DNA of 64,000 bases from Anaerolineales bacterium (GCA_049516595.1 JBEKSY010000002.1:17982-81981), one strand, 5' to 3'. Counted from the first letter of the stretch, positions 48,140 through 60,216 are shown. The notes: generated by a model from the letters alone, not told the origin. Numbers and translations: made by a program.

Positions 48140-49156
48140 ATGGAAAAGCCGAAAGCCTTGATCACAGGCATCACCGGCCAAGATGGTTCTTACCTCGCCG
48201 AGTTCCTCTTGGGCAAAGGCTACGAGGTGCACGGGTTGATCCGGCGGGCCAGCACGTTTAACACCGACCGAATTGATCATCTCTACCAGGACCCGCACAT
48301 CAACGGTGTGCGCCTCTTCCTGCACTACGGAGACCTCTCCGACTCAACCAATCTTGTCAAGATGCTCTATCGGCTGCAGCCGAATGAGATCTACAACCTG
48401 GCCGCACAGAGTCATGTAAAGGTCAGCTTCGATATGCCGGAGTACACCGGGGATATCACGGCCCTTGGCTCCGTGCGCTTACTGGAGGCCATTCGCGAGA
48501 CGGGAATCCAGTGCCGGTACTATCAAGCCTCCAGCAGCGAGATGTATGGAAAAGCTCGCGAGATCCCCCAGAATGAGCTTACCCCCTTCTATCCGCGAAG
48601 CCCGTATGCGTGTGCCAAGGTCTTCTCTTACTGGACCACGGTCAATTACCGCGAAGCCTACGAGATCTTCGCCTGTAATGGGATTCTTTTCAACCACGAG
48701 AGCCCACGGCGCGGCGAGACCTTTGTGACGCGGAAAATCACGCGGGCACTGGCACGTATTGAAGCGGGGGTTCAGGACAAGCTATTCCTCGGCAATCTCG
48801 AGGCCCGCCGCGACTGGGGCTATGCCCCGGAGTATGTCGAGGCGATGTGGCAGATGCTTCAGGCGCCAGAGGCCGACGACTATGTCATCGCCACCGGGGA
48901 GAACCACTCCGTGCGCGATTTTCTGGAAGAGGCTTTCGGATATGCGGAAATGGATTGGCAAAAATACGTAGAGGTCGATCCCCGCTACTTCCGCCCGACC
49001 GAGGTGGACGCACTCCTGGGGGATGCCGGCAAGGCCCACTCCAAGCTAGGGTGGCGGGCGAAAGTAAGCTTCCGCGAGCTGGTTCGGCTGATGGTGGACG
49101 CGGATCGCCAGACGGTGCGGAGACAGATCGAGGGAGGAACAGCCGCCGTTCACTGA
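48140..49156 (+). CDS. gmd: GDP-mannose 4,6-dehydratase
   Basis: [44 protein letters not shown]. Confidence 0.9.
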   Translation: MEKPKALITGITGQDGSYLAEFLLGKGYEVHGLIRRASTFNTDRIDHLYQDPHINGVRLFLHYGDLSDSTNLVKMLYRLQPNEIYNLAAQSHVKVSFDMPEYTGDITALGSVRLLEAIRETGIQCRYYQASSSEMYGKAREIPQNELTPFYPRSPYACAKVFSYWTTVNYREAYEIFACNGILFNHESPRRGETFVTRKITRALARIEAGVQDKLFLGNLEARRDWGYAPEYVEAMWQMLQAPEADDYVIATGENHSVRDFLEEAFGYAEMDWQKYVEVDPRYFRPTEVDALLGDAGKAHSKLGWRAKVSFRELVRLMVDADRQTVRRQIEGGTAAVH

Positions 49157-49236
49157 CTCCCGCAAGGTGGAGCCCGAAATGCAGAGACCTGGACGACGGC
49201 TCGGTTCCAGGCGAGACAACCAGTACCCATTGCGCT

Positions 49237-51417
49237 ATGTCCATTCTCTTCTACACCGCCTTTCTCCTCGTCCTTCTCCTCCCCTCGGCCAACATCCAGT
49301 TGTTCGATGGGTTCCCGCTCAGCCGCCTGCCTGAGTTCGCCGCTCTCTTGTTGGTTGTCCCCCTGATTGCCTGGGTCGACCTTCGCCAGAGGCTGGACGG
49401 CTGGTTGAAGCGGTTCCATCTATGCCCCATCGGTCTGTGGAGCCTCCTGGTCCTTGCCTTGGGTATCAAGTTGGCATTGTTAGCCTCCGGGGTACACCAG
49501 GGGTTCCTCGGTTGCTATCGCTCCCCCGCCCCGCCGGTGGATCACTACCGTGGACCCGTGGTGAATCTCGCCTGTGAGCGTTCATACGAAAACCCCTTTG
49601 CGCGGTTCGGGGCAACTCGCGTGGACTCGCAGATCGACTTTGCGCCCAGCAACTGGGACCTGACCTTCATCAATTCAAGCCGGTACGATTACTACGATTG
49701 GGAGCCTGGGAACATCCTGCGTGATCGCTTGCCTCTGGAGGCCACTTGGACAGGGACGGTGGTTGCTGCTCCCGGCCAGAGATTGGCGATCACCTATGTG
49801 GGCTCCGGCGAGATTACGGTAGGGGGAGAGCATGTGGTCTTGGGTCCGACCTATGACCGCGTCGCGCACGTTGAGGTCCCCTTGCCTGAGGGGATTTCCA
49901 CCCTGCAGGCGGCATATCTCTTTGACGACGGTTCACGAAGCGGGCAGGACCCAGAGTTATGGGGACCCCGCGCGACCTTTGCCCTTTTCCGGGAAGCCGG
50001 AGGCCAACAGAACCCCCTGCCGTCCGCTCCTGTCCCGTTCGGCTGGAGCCTTCTTGCCGGCCTCGGAGACGCGCTCATGGTGGCCTTGCTCCTTCTGATC
50101 GTGATTGTTCTGGTTTCCAAGCTCATGAAGGAGCTGGCTTGGCTCGTCGTGATGGGGGTGGCCACTTCGGTGATTGTGCTTCTACCCCTCAATCTGGTGA
50201 TATCTCAGCTCGCGCTTGCTGGCCTCGCAGTGGCTCTGTTCGTCGTGCAGACGCGCTGGCGATGGTTCTCTCTTCTGTTCCTGTACATGGTCCTTGTCAT
50301 CCTTTCGCTGGGGTCGATGCGGGCTGCGTACCCGCGTTGGGATTATGTTGTGTATCGCACGGCGGGGAACGACAACCTCACGGCCGAGTCGCAGGCCCAA
50401 TCCATTCTGCAGACGGGCTCCCTGGAAGGCGGCGAGGCCGTGTTCTATGCTCAACCTTTCTACCGCTACGCCAAGTTCATAGAACACGTCCTTTTCGGCG
50501 ATGGGGACGTGCTCTATGCCTCATTTCAACTTGCCGCGCTCCTCGCAGGCGTTTTCGCGGTTTTGACTCATCTGGCTCCTCAACCATCTCGGGGTTGGAA
50601 ACAGCTGACATTGGTTCTGGCAGGCGCAGGGCTGCTTGGAATCTGCGCGTACTACGCGGCTGGATTCATCCGGGATGGGTTGCCTGAGTACTTGACCTGG
50701 ACAGCAATCTTCTGGGCTGTATTGTGGCTACTGTCCGAGAGCCGTTGGGAGCTTGTTTGCGCCGGGGCGATTTTGGGTCTCGCCAGCATTGTCAGAAGCA
50801 ATCAGATTCCTGGCAATGCCCTTGTGCTTGCGCTTGGCCTTCTCTTGGCGCGTCGGTCGCCCGTCAAGTGGAGGTTGGCAAGCGGAACTCTCTTCCTTGC
50901 GACCATGCTTCTCCCCCTCCTGCACAATTGGTACTACGGACATTCCCTTGTGATTACGACGACGAGTGCCCAAGCGCCCACCAACCTCATCCTGGGCCCC
51001 AGCTTCTGGTCCGCCTTGGCAGGAGGCCAAGGGAAGGCGCTTCGGACCCTCATCGATCAGGCCCGTTTGCTCTTCTTCTTCGTGCCACTCGACCGTGGGC
51101 AGATACCAGTTGCTATGTCCGCCCAATGTCTTCTTGGGCTTTGGATGGGGGTTGGGATCTGGCGGGGGTTGCGCGGGTTCCGCTGGCGCGATCTCTGGCT
51201 AGGGATCCCCGTCGTCTACCTGCTTACCCAAGTTGTGTTTGCCATCAACACCTACTATCCTCGTCATATTATCATCGCGTATCTCGCTATGGGAATTTCG
51301 GTATTGATCGCGCTCTGGAATCCCGTGGGTTGGCCTGCAGGACAAGTCGATCCTAAGGCATTCGGGGACCAATCCTTCTCGAGGCGAAGTGCTGGTTCGG
51401 TCGCCGCAGTGGAATGA
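49237..51417 (+). CDS. large polytopic membrane protein with extracytoplasmic PA14-like insert; function unknown
   Basis: ATG 49237; the listed start 48847 overlaps gmd. About 3 N-terminal hydrophobic helices, then about 165 aa soluble (RVDSQIDF, LPLEATWTGTVVAAPGQRLAITYVGSGEITVGGEHVV), then 10 or more hydrophobic segments. Confidence 0.75.
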   Translation: MSILFYTAFLLVLLLPSANIQLFDGFPLSRLPEFAALLLVVPLIAWVDLRQRLDGWLKRFHLCPIGLWSLLVLALGIKLALLASGVHQGFLGCYRSPAPPVDHYRGPVVNLACERSYENPFARFGATRVDSQIDFAPSNWDLTFINSSRYDYYDWEPGNILRDRLPLEATWTGTVVAAPGQRLAITYVGSGEITVGGEHVVLGPTYDRVAHVEVPLPEGISTLQAAYLFDDGSRSGQDPELWGPRATFALFREAGGQQNPLPSAPVPFGWSLLAGLGDALMVALLLLIVIVLVSKLMKELAWLVVMGVATSVIVLLPLNLVISQLALAGLAVALFVVQTRWRWFSLLFLYMVLVILSLGSMRAAYPRWDYVVYRTAGNDNLTAESQAQSILQTGSLEGGEAVFYAQPFYRYAKFIEHVLFGDGDVLYASFQLAALLAGVFAVLTHLAPQPSRGWKQLTLVLAGAGLLGICAYYAAGFIRDGLPEYLTWTAIFWAVLWLLSESRWELVCAGAILGLASIVRSNQIPGNALVLALGLLLARRSPVKWRLASGTLFLATMLLPLLHNWYYGHSLVITTTSAQAPTNLILGPSFWSALAGGQGKALRTLIDQARLLFFFVPLDRGQIPVAMSAQCLLGLWMGVGIWRGLRGFRWRDLWLGIPVVYLLTQVVFAINTYYPRHIIIAYLAMGISVLIALWNPVGWPAGQVDPKAFGDQSFSRRSAGSVAAVE

Positions 51418-53323
<1,906 letters not shown>

Positions 53324-53329
53324 ACGAGC

Positions 53330-54619
53330 ATGAGCGACGCGGCGATTTCTGTTCGCGGCTTGGGCAAACGATACCGCATCCGATACGGCCCCCCGCCCGA
53401 GAGAACCCTGCGGGGAAGGTTGTCCAGCCTGACGACTCGAGAAGGCCGGAGTGGAAAGCGTCTGGCACCGGCGCGCGAGGATCATATCTGGGCGCTGAAG
53501 GATATCTCCTTTGACGTCTCTGCGGGAGATGTGGTCGGCATCATCGGACGCAACGGGGTGGGAAAGAGCACGCTTCTCAAGATTCTGGCGCGCATCACCG
53601 AACCGACGGTTGGCGAGGCTGACCTCCATGGACGCGTCTCTGCCCTTCTGGAAGTCGGGACTGGGTTTCATGCAGAGCTTTCAGGACGAGAAAACATCTT
53701 CCTCAGTGGCGCGATCCTGGGCATGCAGAGATCCGAGGTGATTCGCCGGTTTGATGAGATCGTGGCATTCTCGGAGCTGGAACGCTTCCTGGATGTTCCC
53801 GTCAAGCGCTACTCCAGCGGGATGTATGTGCGCCTTGGATTTGCGGTGGCCGCGCACTTGAACCCGGATATTCTGCTGGTGGACGAAGTGCTGGCCGTGG
53901 GCGACCTGGCCTTCCAGAGGAGATGTCTCGGTCGGATGAGCGATGTGGCCCAGGAAGGAAGAACAGTCTTGTTTGTGAGCCACCAAATGACTTCGATCCG
54001 CCGCCTATGCTCGAGCACCCTCTGGCTCGATGGAGGCCGCATTCGGTCCCTTGGCCCGACGGGCGAGGTCGTGGCGAAATATGAAAGCGAATCTTTGGGA
54101 GCGGCTGGTGCGGCTTCATCGGAGACCCCGCGACAGTACCGCGCTCGCTACATTTCCTGGAGAATCCGGGAGAGGGAGGGCCAAAACCCTCACGTGATCT
54201 CGACTCTCGAGCCCGTGGCCTTTGAACTAGAGCTGGATGTGGGCGAGAGAGTCCAGGCCAGCTACGGCGGATTTGAACTCTTCGACCTGGCGGGCCAACT
54301 GATCTGGTCGGGATCCACGCACGACGAAGGACGCGGGGACCTGCAGCTGGACCCGGGACGATACCTTTTTGAATTCCGCCTGCCCAACCTTCCATTGCGC
54401 CCCGGGGCCTATCGCCTTCACGCCAGCCTGTACGAGGCCGAGGGCCATCGGCTTCTGGATGATTGGTGGGCAATGCCTGAACTGATTGTTGCCACTCCCC
54501 CTCAGTCCCACCCGCAGGATGACTGGCAGGGAGTTTTGAACCTGCCCTTCCAGTTTCGTGCCATCCCCTGCGATGGCACGAACCCAGTATCCGCGTTTGA
54601 GCGAGATGCTCCAGGATGA
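53330..54619 (+). CDS. wzt: polysaccharide ABC exporter ATP-binding protein with C-terminal Wzt_C-like domain
   Basis: Walker A GRNGVGKST, signature YSSGMYVRL, Walker B ILLVDEVLAVGD. About 180-aa beta-rich C-terminal extension. Confidence 0.9.
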   Translation: MSDAAISVRGLGKRYRIRYGPPPERTLRGRLSSLTTREGRSGKRLAPAREDHIWALKDISFDVSAGDVVGIIGRNGVGKSTLLKILARITEPTVGEADLHGRVSALLEVGTGFHAELSGRENIFLSGAILGMQRSEVIRRFDEIVAFSELERFLDVPVKRYSSGMYVRLGFAVAAHLNPDILLVDEVLAVGDLAFQRRCLGRMSDVAQEGRTVLFVSHQMTSIRRLCSSTLWLDGGRIRSLGPTGEVVAKYESESLGAAGAASSETPRQYRARYISWRIREREGQNPHVISTLEPVAFELELDVGERVQASYGGFELFDLAGQLIWSGSTHDEGRGDLQLDPGRYLFEFRLPNLPLRPGAYRLHASLYEAEGHRLLDDWWAMPELIVATPPQSHPQDDWQGVLNLPFQFRAIPCDGTNPVSAFERDAPG

Positions 54620-55680
54620 TCCGCCACCTCGCGGAGGCCCTGAAGAGCAACGTCAGACGAGCTTTGGATCGGTCCCCACGGATAGTAATCCTGGCCTATC
54701 ACCGAGTAGCCGCTGGTGGGTTGGATCCGAATCAGTTGTGCGTCTCCCTGGAGCACTTCGAAAAGCAGATGCGCCTGGTACGTGACGAAACGCAGCCCAT
54801 CCCGCTGAGGGAATTGGCCGTGAGACTGCGAGAAGGTAACCTGCAGCAGGCCGGTGTGGTCGTCACCTTTGATGATGGCTACGCCGACAATTGGATGAAC
54901 GCCGCGCCGATTTTGCGGGAACTGGCCATTCCCGCAACCTTCTTCGTGACCTCGGGCATGGTGGACACCGGCCGCGAGTTTTTCGCGGATGAACTGATCC
55001 ATTTGACCCTTTCGGCGCCGATCCTGCCTGAGGAATTGCACGTGTCAGTTGGCGGTAAGGTTCTTCGCCTAGCGGGGAAAGAGAGGCCCATCCCCACCAC
55101 TCACAGGACCTGGACAGGCGAGGGCCCCAATCTGATTGACCCCGCGCCGCGGGAGGAGCTGTATCACAGCTTACACAGCCTTCTGCGCGAGGAGAACCTC
55201 GAAAGCCGCGAATCCATATTGACGGAGCTTCGCGAGCAGGTCGCATGGCCGCCCTCCCCCAGCTGCGAGAGCCACCGAACCCTTTCCTCGGCCCAATTGC
55301 GGGATCTCGTGAGAGAGAACCTGTTCGAGGTCGGGGCGCATGCCGTCGAACACTTGGTTCTCCGGCGTCTCCCTTCGGAGGAGCAGGCCTTCCAGATCAG
55401 GGAAAGCAAGACCCAACTGGAGTTGATTCTCTCTATGCCGGTCGAGAGCTTTGCCTACCCGTATGGGAGCGAATGGGACGTAAGCCCAACGACGGTTGAT
55501 CTGGTCCGTCAGGCTGGCTTTGGTCTGGCGTGCGCCAATGTGCCTGGCCAGGTGAGCCGCGGTTCGGATCCCTATTGGCTTCCCCGCTATCTTGTCCGCG
55601 ACTGGGGGGGAGCGGAGTTTGGGCGGAGGCTTCGCAGTTTCTTTGTGCCGCGTCCGGCCGCCCGACCTGTTTCCGCATAG
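54616..55680 (+). CDS. polysaccharide deacetylase (NodB-type) family protein
   Basis: VVTFDDGYADN motif and a later HAVEH. ATG overlaps wzt stop. Confidence 0.8.
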   Translation: MIRHLAEALKSNVRRALDRSPRIVILAYHRVAAGGLDPNQLCVSLEHFEKQMRLVRDETQPIPLRELAVRLREGNLQQAGVVVTFDDGYADNWMNAAPILRELAIPATFFVTSGMVDTGREFFADELIHLTLSAPILPEELHVSVGGKVLRLAGKERPIPTTHRTWTGEGPNLIDPAPREELYHSLHSLLREENLESRESILTELREQVAWPPSPSCESHRTLSSAQLRDLVRENLFEVGAHAVEHLVLRRLPSEEQAFQIRESKTQLELILSMPVESFAYPYGSEWDVSPTTVDLVRQAGFGLACANVPGQVSRGSDPYWLPRYLVRDWGGAEFGRRLRSFFVPRPAARPVSA

Positions 55681-55729
55681 GACACTCGTGAGAACTGCTT
55701 TGGTTCGCCTTTCAAGATGGGCATCGCGC

Positions 55730-57568
55730 ATGGCCCAAGACCCGGCCACTTCGCTCTGGGTGGTTGCCGCGCTGGCCAGCCTGGTGCTTGCGCTGCTCTT
55801 GCGATACGCGGCGCTTTCGGATTTTCGTGAGCTGGCCCTCAATCGACTGCAAGACGACGCCTACTATTACCTCCAACCAGCCTGGCTCTTCGGGCAAAAA
55901 CGGTTCTTTACCTTCGATGGGATTCACCCGACCTATGGCTTTCAGCCCCTGTGGATGTTGGTCCTGGTGTTTCAGGCAATGTTCACACCGGACAAGGTTG
56001 CCTTCGTGCGAGCGGCTGTCAGCCTGGGCGCCGTGTTCTATTGCCTCACGGGATTTGGCCTTTACTTGCTCGCCCGGAGATGGCTGGGGTCCTGGGGGGG
56101 GGTGATCCCGTCTTTCCTCTGGCTTCTCAATCCTCCTCTGGCTTCTGTCTTTCTTACCGCGAAAGAAAACGCGTTGTATGCCTTTCTGCTGATCGCCGCC
56201 GCGGCCCTCCTGTCCAGGCGTCTGAGGAATCCTGGGCGCCCCCGGGATTCCTGGCTGGAGGGTCTCGTCATCGGACTGATGGTCCTCAGCCGGGTCACCG
56301 CTGTGGTCCCCGCCATCCTGATCGTGTTTTGCCTCGCTGCGTTTTCTCCAGAGGCGAAGAAAGCGAGGCTTTATCGGACGGGCTGGCTGGCCCTGGGAGC
56401 CGGCGTGGTACTCCTCCCCTGGTGCCTCTACGCTCTCCGTTCGTTCGGTACCGTGTTTCCCAACAGCGGATCGGCCAAACTGCTCGACACCCCGGCTTCC
56501 CTGGCCTGGTGGTACAGTCGCCATTTTCCTTGGCCTTCCCTCCCCCGACTGGCCGCTCTCATTTCTCCCGTCCAGAGACTGTTTCTCACGAAGCCCGAAT
56601 TTCTGACCCTTCCATCCCGAGGGCTTGCCGTCTCGTACTTCATTGGTTATCTGCCGGATCTGGCACTGGATTCTTGGGCGGCCGTGATCCCGGCCTCCGT
56701 GTCCCTGGCGTACAAGGTAAAGCTCCTTGGGATCGCGGCGGTCTTGCTGAGCGTATCCGCCTGGGTCGTGTGGCAATGGGTGTCTCGGCCAAAGACACTT
56801 CGCACGGGGCCTAGCAGGAACGAGAGTTCTCGCGGGGTGGTCTCTGGGGCGATGGCGCTGACCATTATTCTCGCCTCGGCCGCCGTCAATGGCTTTTCTA
56901 ATTGGTTGCTCCTTCCTGGCTATCTGTTCTGGGGGATCTGGTACGCGGTGCCCGAGACCTTGAGCATCGTGCTCGGGGTGGCCACCGCGGGGACTCTCCT
57001 GGTTCGGGCTCTTGGGGCGATTGCGGCCCGGCTCGGTGGCACGGCCTGGCAGGTGGGCCGAGCGGTTTACATTGCGATCGTCTGCTGGACAGTTGTGGTG
57101 GGCTTGGGGCTATCCCTGAGGAGCTGGGAACCGCAGGCCTATAAGCCCTCTCCCGACCGAACGCAGTCGGAGGCCTATCTGGGTATCAATTGGATCAATA
57201 CGAACCTGCCGCTGGGGTCGCGAATTGGGTCATACAGTGCTGGACTCATCGGGTATCTCACGGATAACATGCATGTGGTCAATCTGGATGGCCTTGCCAA
57301 TTCTCCTGCTTTCGTCAGCCAAGATGAGCTTGGGCATCTTCTCTTTATTCGTGGCCTTGTTTCGACGGATCCAATTGTCGCCTATCTGCAGGAGGAGGGG
57401 ATCGAATACCTGGCCAATGTCGACCCATCCGATCGGATCCGGAACGGGCCCTATTTGGGTCTCGTCTCGACGGCCCAGGCCCGGCTGCTCTATGAAGGTC
57501 GGGGTTTGGTGGATTGGGGGCCGGGCCAACCTCCGCGCCGGTTCATTGTGGTGGAATTGAATCGCTAG
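55730..57568 (+). CDS. GT-C-like polytopic membrane glycosyltransferase candidate with soluble C-terminal domain
   Basis: TM1, then LQDDAYYYLQ..FDG..TYGFQPLW (acidic pair in first outer loop). 10 or more hydrophobic segments and an about 130-aa C-terminal soluble part. Start ATG 55730 or GTG 55688. Confidence 0.7.
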   Translation: MAQDPATSLWVVAALASLVLALLLRYAALSDFRELALNRLQDDAYYYLQPAWLFGQKRFFTFDGIHPTYGFQPLWMLVLVFQAMFTPDKVAFVRAAVSLGAVFYCLTGFGLYLLARRWLGSWGGVIPSFLWLLNPPLASVFLTAKENALYAFLLIAAAALLSRRLRNPGRPRDSWLEGLVIGLMVLSRVTAVVPAILIVFCLAAFSPEAKKARLYRTGWLALGAGVVLLPWCLYALRSFGTVFPNSGSAKLLDTPASLAWWYSRHFPWPSLPRLAALISPVQRLFLTKPEFLTLPSRGLAVSYFIGYLPDLALDSWAAVIPASVSLAYKVKLLGIAAVLLSVSAWVVWQWVSRPKTLRTGPSRNESSRGVVSGAMALTIILASAAVNGFSNWLLLPGYLFWGIWYAVPETLSIVLGVATAGTLLVRALGAIAARLGGTAWQVGRAVYIAIVCWTVVVGLGLSLRSWEPQAYKPSPDRTQSEAYLGINWINTNLPLGSRIGSYSAGLIGYLTDNMHVVNLDGLANSPAFVSQDELGHLLFIRGLVSTDPIVAYLQEEGIEYLANVDPSDRIRNGPYLGLVSTAQARLLYEGRGLVDWGPGQPPRRFIVVELNR

Positions 57569-58395
57569 TTGGGATCCCTCCCGCAGGTCCCGGTGAAGCC
57601 CGTGGCAAGGACTGAGATGCCGGCTCCCGAAGCAATGGGCACTTGCCGAAACCCTTTGGAATACCCGGCGAATTTCGTGGGGTCAATCCATTTGAATCCT
57701 TCCTTCCCCCCGGTTCGAGGCTATGGCTGTGATCGGCCGCCAGATCGGCAACCGCCCCAAGGAAATGGACTCTGGGCAGGGACATCCAGACGAACTTGGC
57801 TCGGGGCGGTGGTGGCAGGACGGCGGCCAATCCTCTGCCAAAGGGCTCTACTTTGCATTGCAGTGAACATCTGTCCAGGATCCCGGGGAACGTGCCCGGT
57901 TGCACGTCCTGATGCCCAGAAGCGAGGACGTTGTTCCCTCTGAGGTCAACGACTTGGTCGATTCACATGAGGGGGTTCAGCACGTGCCTCGTCTGGGGTG
58001 GGCCCATGAACAATCTCCGGCTCCTAATGGCCCTCCCCAAAGCCGGTCGAAGTTCAAGCTCGCCGGTCGAAGCTCCGGGTGGATCCTTTTGATTCTCCTG
58101 AGGAAGGCTGGGGATCATTCCGGCCGCTGGATCGACTTGTCGCTCGCCATCCTGGGGTCCCAACCCGCGGTCGGATCGCGTCTTCCCTCTCGCAACCACC
58201 GTGAGGGATTCGGAAAGGGTCCGAAAACCCGAGGAGGTAGAAGGATCCCTTTCTTGCCTTCCAGGCTGCGGAGCAGCCCGACCCTCTTGAAGAGATGAAC
58301 CTGACCCTCCGTCTGCTCCCCTTGCTTTGGCTTGAATTCCCAAAACGGCTCGGACGTCGGCCTGTCGGCGCACAGGAGCCCTGGCCTGGAAAAGA

Positions 58396-59307
58396 ATGCT
58401 GACCCTCTTTGCGGTCCCCAAGGCTTTCGTGGGGGAGTTTTCCGGGATTCAGCAGAACGCGCTGAGATCCTGGAGAGCCTTGGGCGAAGACGTAAGGATC
58501 CTCCTCATCGGCAATGAGCAGGGTGTGGCAGACGAGGCCTCGAGAATCCGTGCTACGAATATCCCCGAAGTGAAACGCAACGAATGGGGGACTCCTTTGG
58601 TGGACGATGTATTTCGAATTGGTTCTGAGCGGGCGGATGGAGAGTGGCTTGCGTATGTGAATGCAGACATCCTCCTGCTGCGGGATTTCCTTCACGCGGT
58701 TCACACCTTGCAGGGTTTTCGTAGGCCCTCGTTGGCTGTGGGCCAGCGTTGGGACCTTGACCTGGGGAAAACGATTGATTTCTCGGACCCCCGCTGGGAG
58801 GCGGACACACGGGCCGAGGTGGAATCGATGGGTCGATTGCACCCCCCCTCCGGAATCGACTATTTTCTCTTCCGGCGCGGGACCTGGAAAGAGATTCCGC
58901 CCTTTGCGCTGGGCCGGACCATGTGGGACAACTGGCTGGTATACTCGGCGCGCGCCAGGGGTCTTGCGGTTGTGGATGCTACCGACAGCGTTTTGGCTGT
59001 CCACCAGAATCACAGTTATGGTGTCCGCCCCGCGGCTGCCGACTGGGTGTGGAAAGGGCCGGAGGCCGAGAGGAACCTGGAGCTAGCAGGGGGGCTCGAT
59101 CACTACTTTACGATCGAGGACTCGACGCATCGCCTGAAGGGAACGCGAGTCCAACTCGCCTTGGATCGAGAGCACCTCTTGCGGAGATGGTCGAGATTGC
59201 GAATCCTGTGGCCTCCAGCCGCAACGTTGCAGTCCTTCTTTCAAAGGGCATGGCAAGCCATCTACGAAACCCGGGTGCGTGTCGCCCGATGGAGAGGAAG
59301 AATCTAG
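58396..59307 (+). CDS. GT-A-like glycosyltransferase candidate / conserved hypothetical
   Basis: 303 aa, soluble. N-terminal MLTLFAVPKAF.G.F..IQQNALRSW pattern and YVNADILL (DxD-like position). Recalled from polysaccharide loci, not verified. Confidence 0.5.
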   Translation: MLTLFAVPKAFVGEFSGIQQNALRSWRALGEDVRILLIGNEQGVADEASRIRATNIPEVKRNEWGTPLVDDVFRIGSERADGEWLAYVNADILLLRDFLHAVHTLQGFRRPSLAVGQRWDLDLGKTIDFSDPRWEADTRAEVESMGRLHPPSGIDYFLFRRGTWKEIPPFALGRTMWDNWLVYSARARGLAVVDATDSVLAVHQNHSYGVRPAAADWVWKGPEAERNLELAGGLDHYFTIEDSTHRLKGTRVQLALDREHLLRRWSRLRILWPPAATLQSFFQRAWQAIYETRVRVARWRGRI

Positions 59308-59782
59308 AATCGGACGGGATCTGCAAGCGAGCCTTGATTCGGCAAGTTGGGGCGGCGGGCCGCACAGAAGACCAGCGGCACGACGCGCGCTGATTGATCC
59401 ACGGTGAATGTCATCGCCTTCGACGTGCCGGGGGGTTCTTCCCCCGATCCGCGAATTCCCGGCAGGGAGGATGGCCTTCGCTTCGAGCAGCGCGGTCTCG
59501 ATCACCAAGCACGGTGGAGCGGATGAGGGCCCTGTGCGCCCAGGGTGAGATCAGGAGCTGGGGCGGGTGACGCCCGCAAGCCTTGGGCTAATCACGGGTG
59601 TCCTCTTGGCGGACCAGAGCAAGCTCTGGAAGGGTGTAGGCCTCTGCAGTCGGTGCCTGTGGGGCAAAAGGCGCAAGTTGATTTGCCGCAACCCCCACGG
59701 CGCTTCGGAGAGCGAGGTCTTTTCGCCACGAATTGGGAGGGTCAGTCGAATCATTAGGCCCCTCCTTCTCAACCGATGGTGC

Positions 59783-60068
59783 CCACAGTCTTTCGGTCGG
59801 AACGGGGCGGACTGTGGCCTTCCGGCTGGGAGAAGCCGTGGAAAACCGCGAGAGGGGTGCTGGAGAGCTCGCCGGTGAAGGCCATCCTCGAGGCCTGGCA
59901 AAGGGGCCGACTTGCCATGCAACCCTTCCGGGGTGGGCCTCGATTGGACTCGGGCGGAGAGTAGCGACGGACTGGCAATTCCGGAGGCCCTGGGCCAACA
60001 AGGATGCGACTCAGACGCCTGCCGCGGCTGGGCGCCTTTGGGAAGTAACACAAGTCCTTTCCCAAAGG
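59783..60068. repeat. cluster of perfect inverted repeats (candidate structured RNA) in gene-free gap
   Basis: CCACAGTC/GACTGTGG (59783-90 / 59810-17). CCTTCCGGC/GCCGgtGAAGG (59818-26 / 59871-81). TCGAGGCC/GGCCTCGA (59888-95 / 59936-43) enclosing TGGCAA/TTGCCA. CCTTTGGGAA/TTCCCAAAGG (60035-44 / 60059-68). Confidence 0.35.
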
Positions 60069-60216
60069 GTGTTGCAGTGAGCCGCTGAACGAGCGGGGTT
60101 CTCCGCACCGGACGGGGTCGGGCCTTTGGGCCTTTGGGGACCGTCGCGTCACGAAAACGCGGATGGTCTGTGGGGAGGGGGTCTGTGACCACCTCGTACA
60201 TTGGGGGGCTTTCTTG

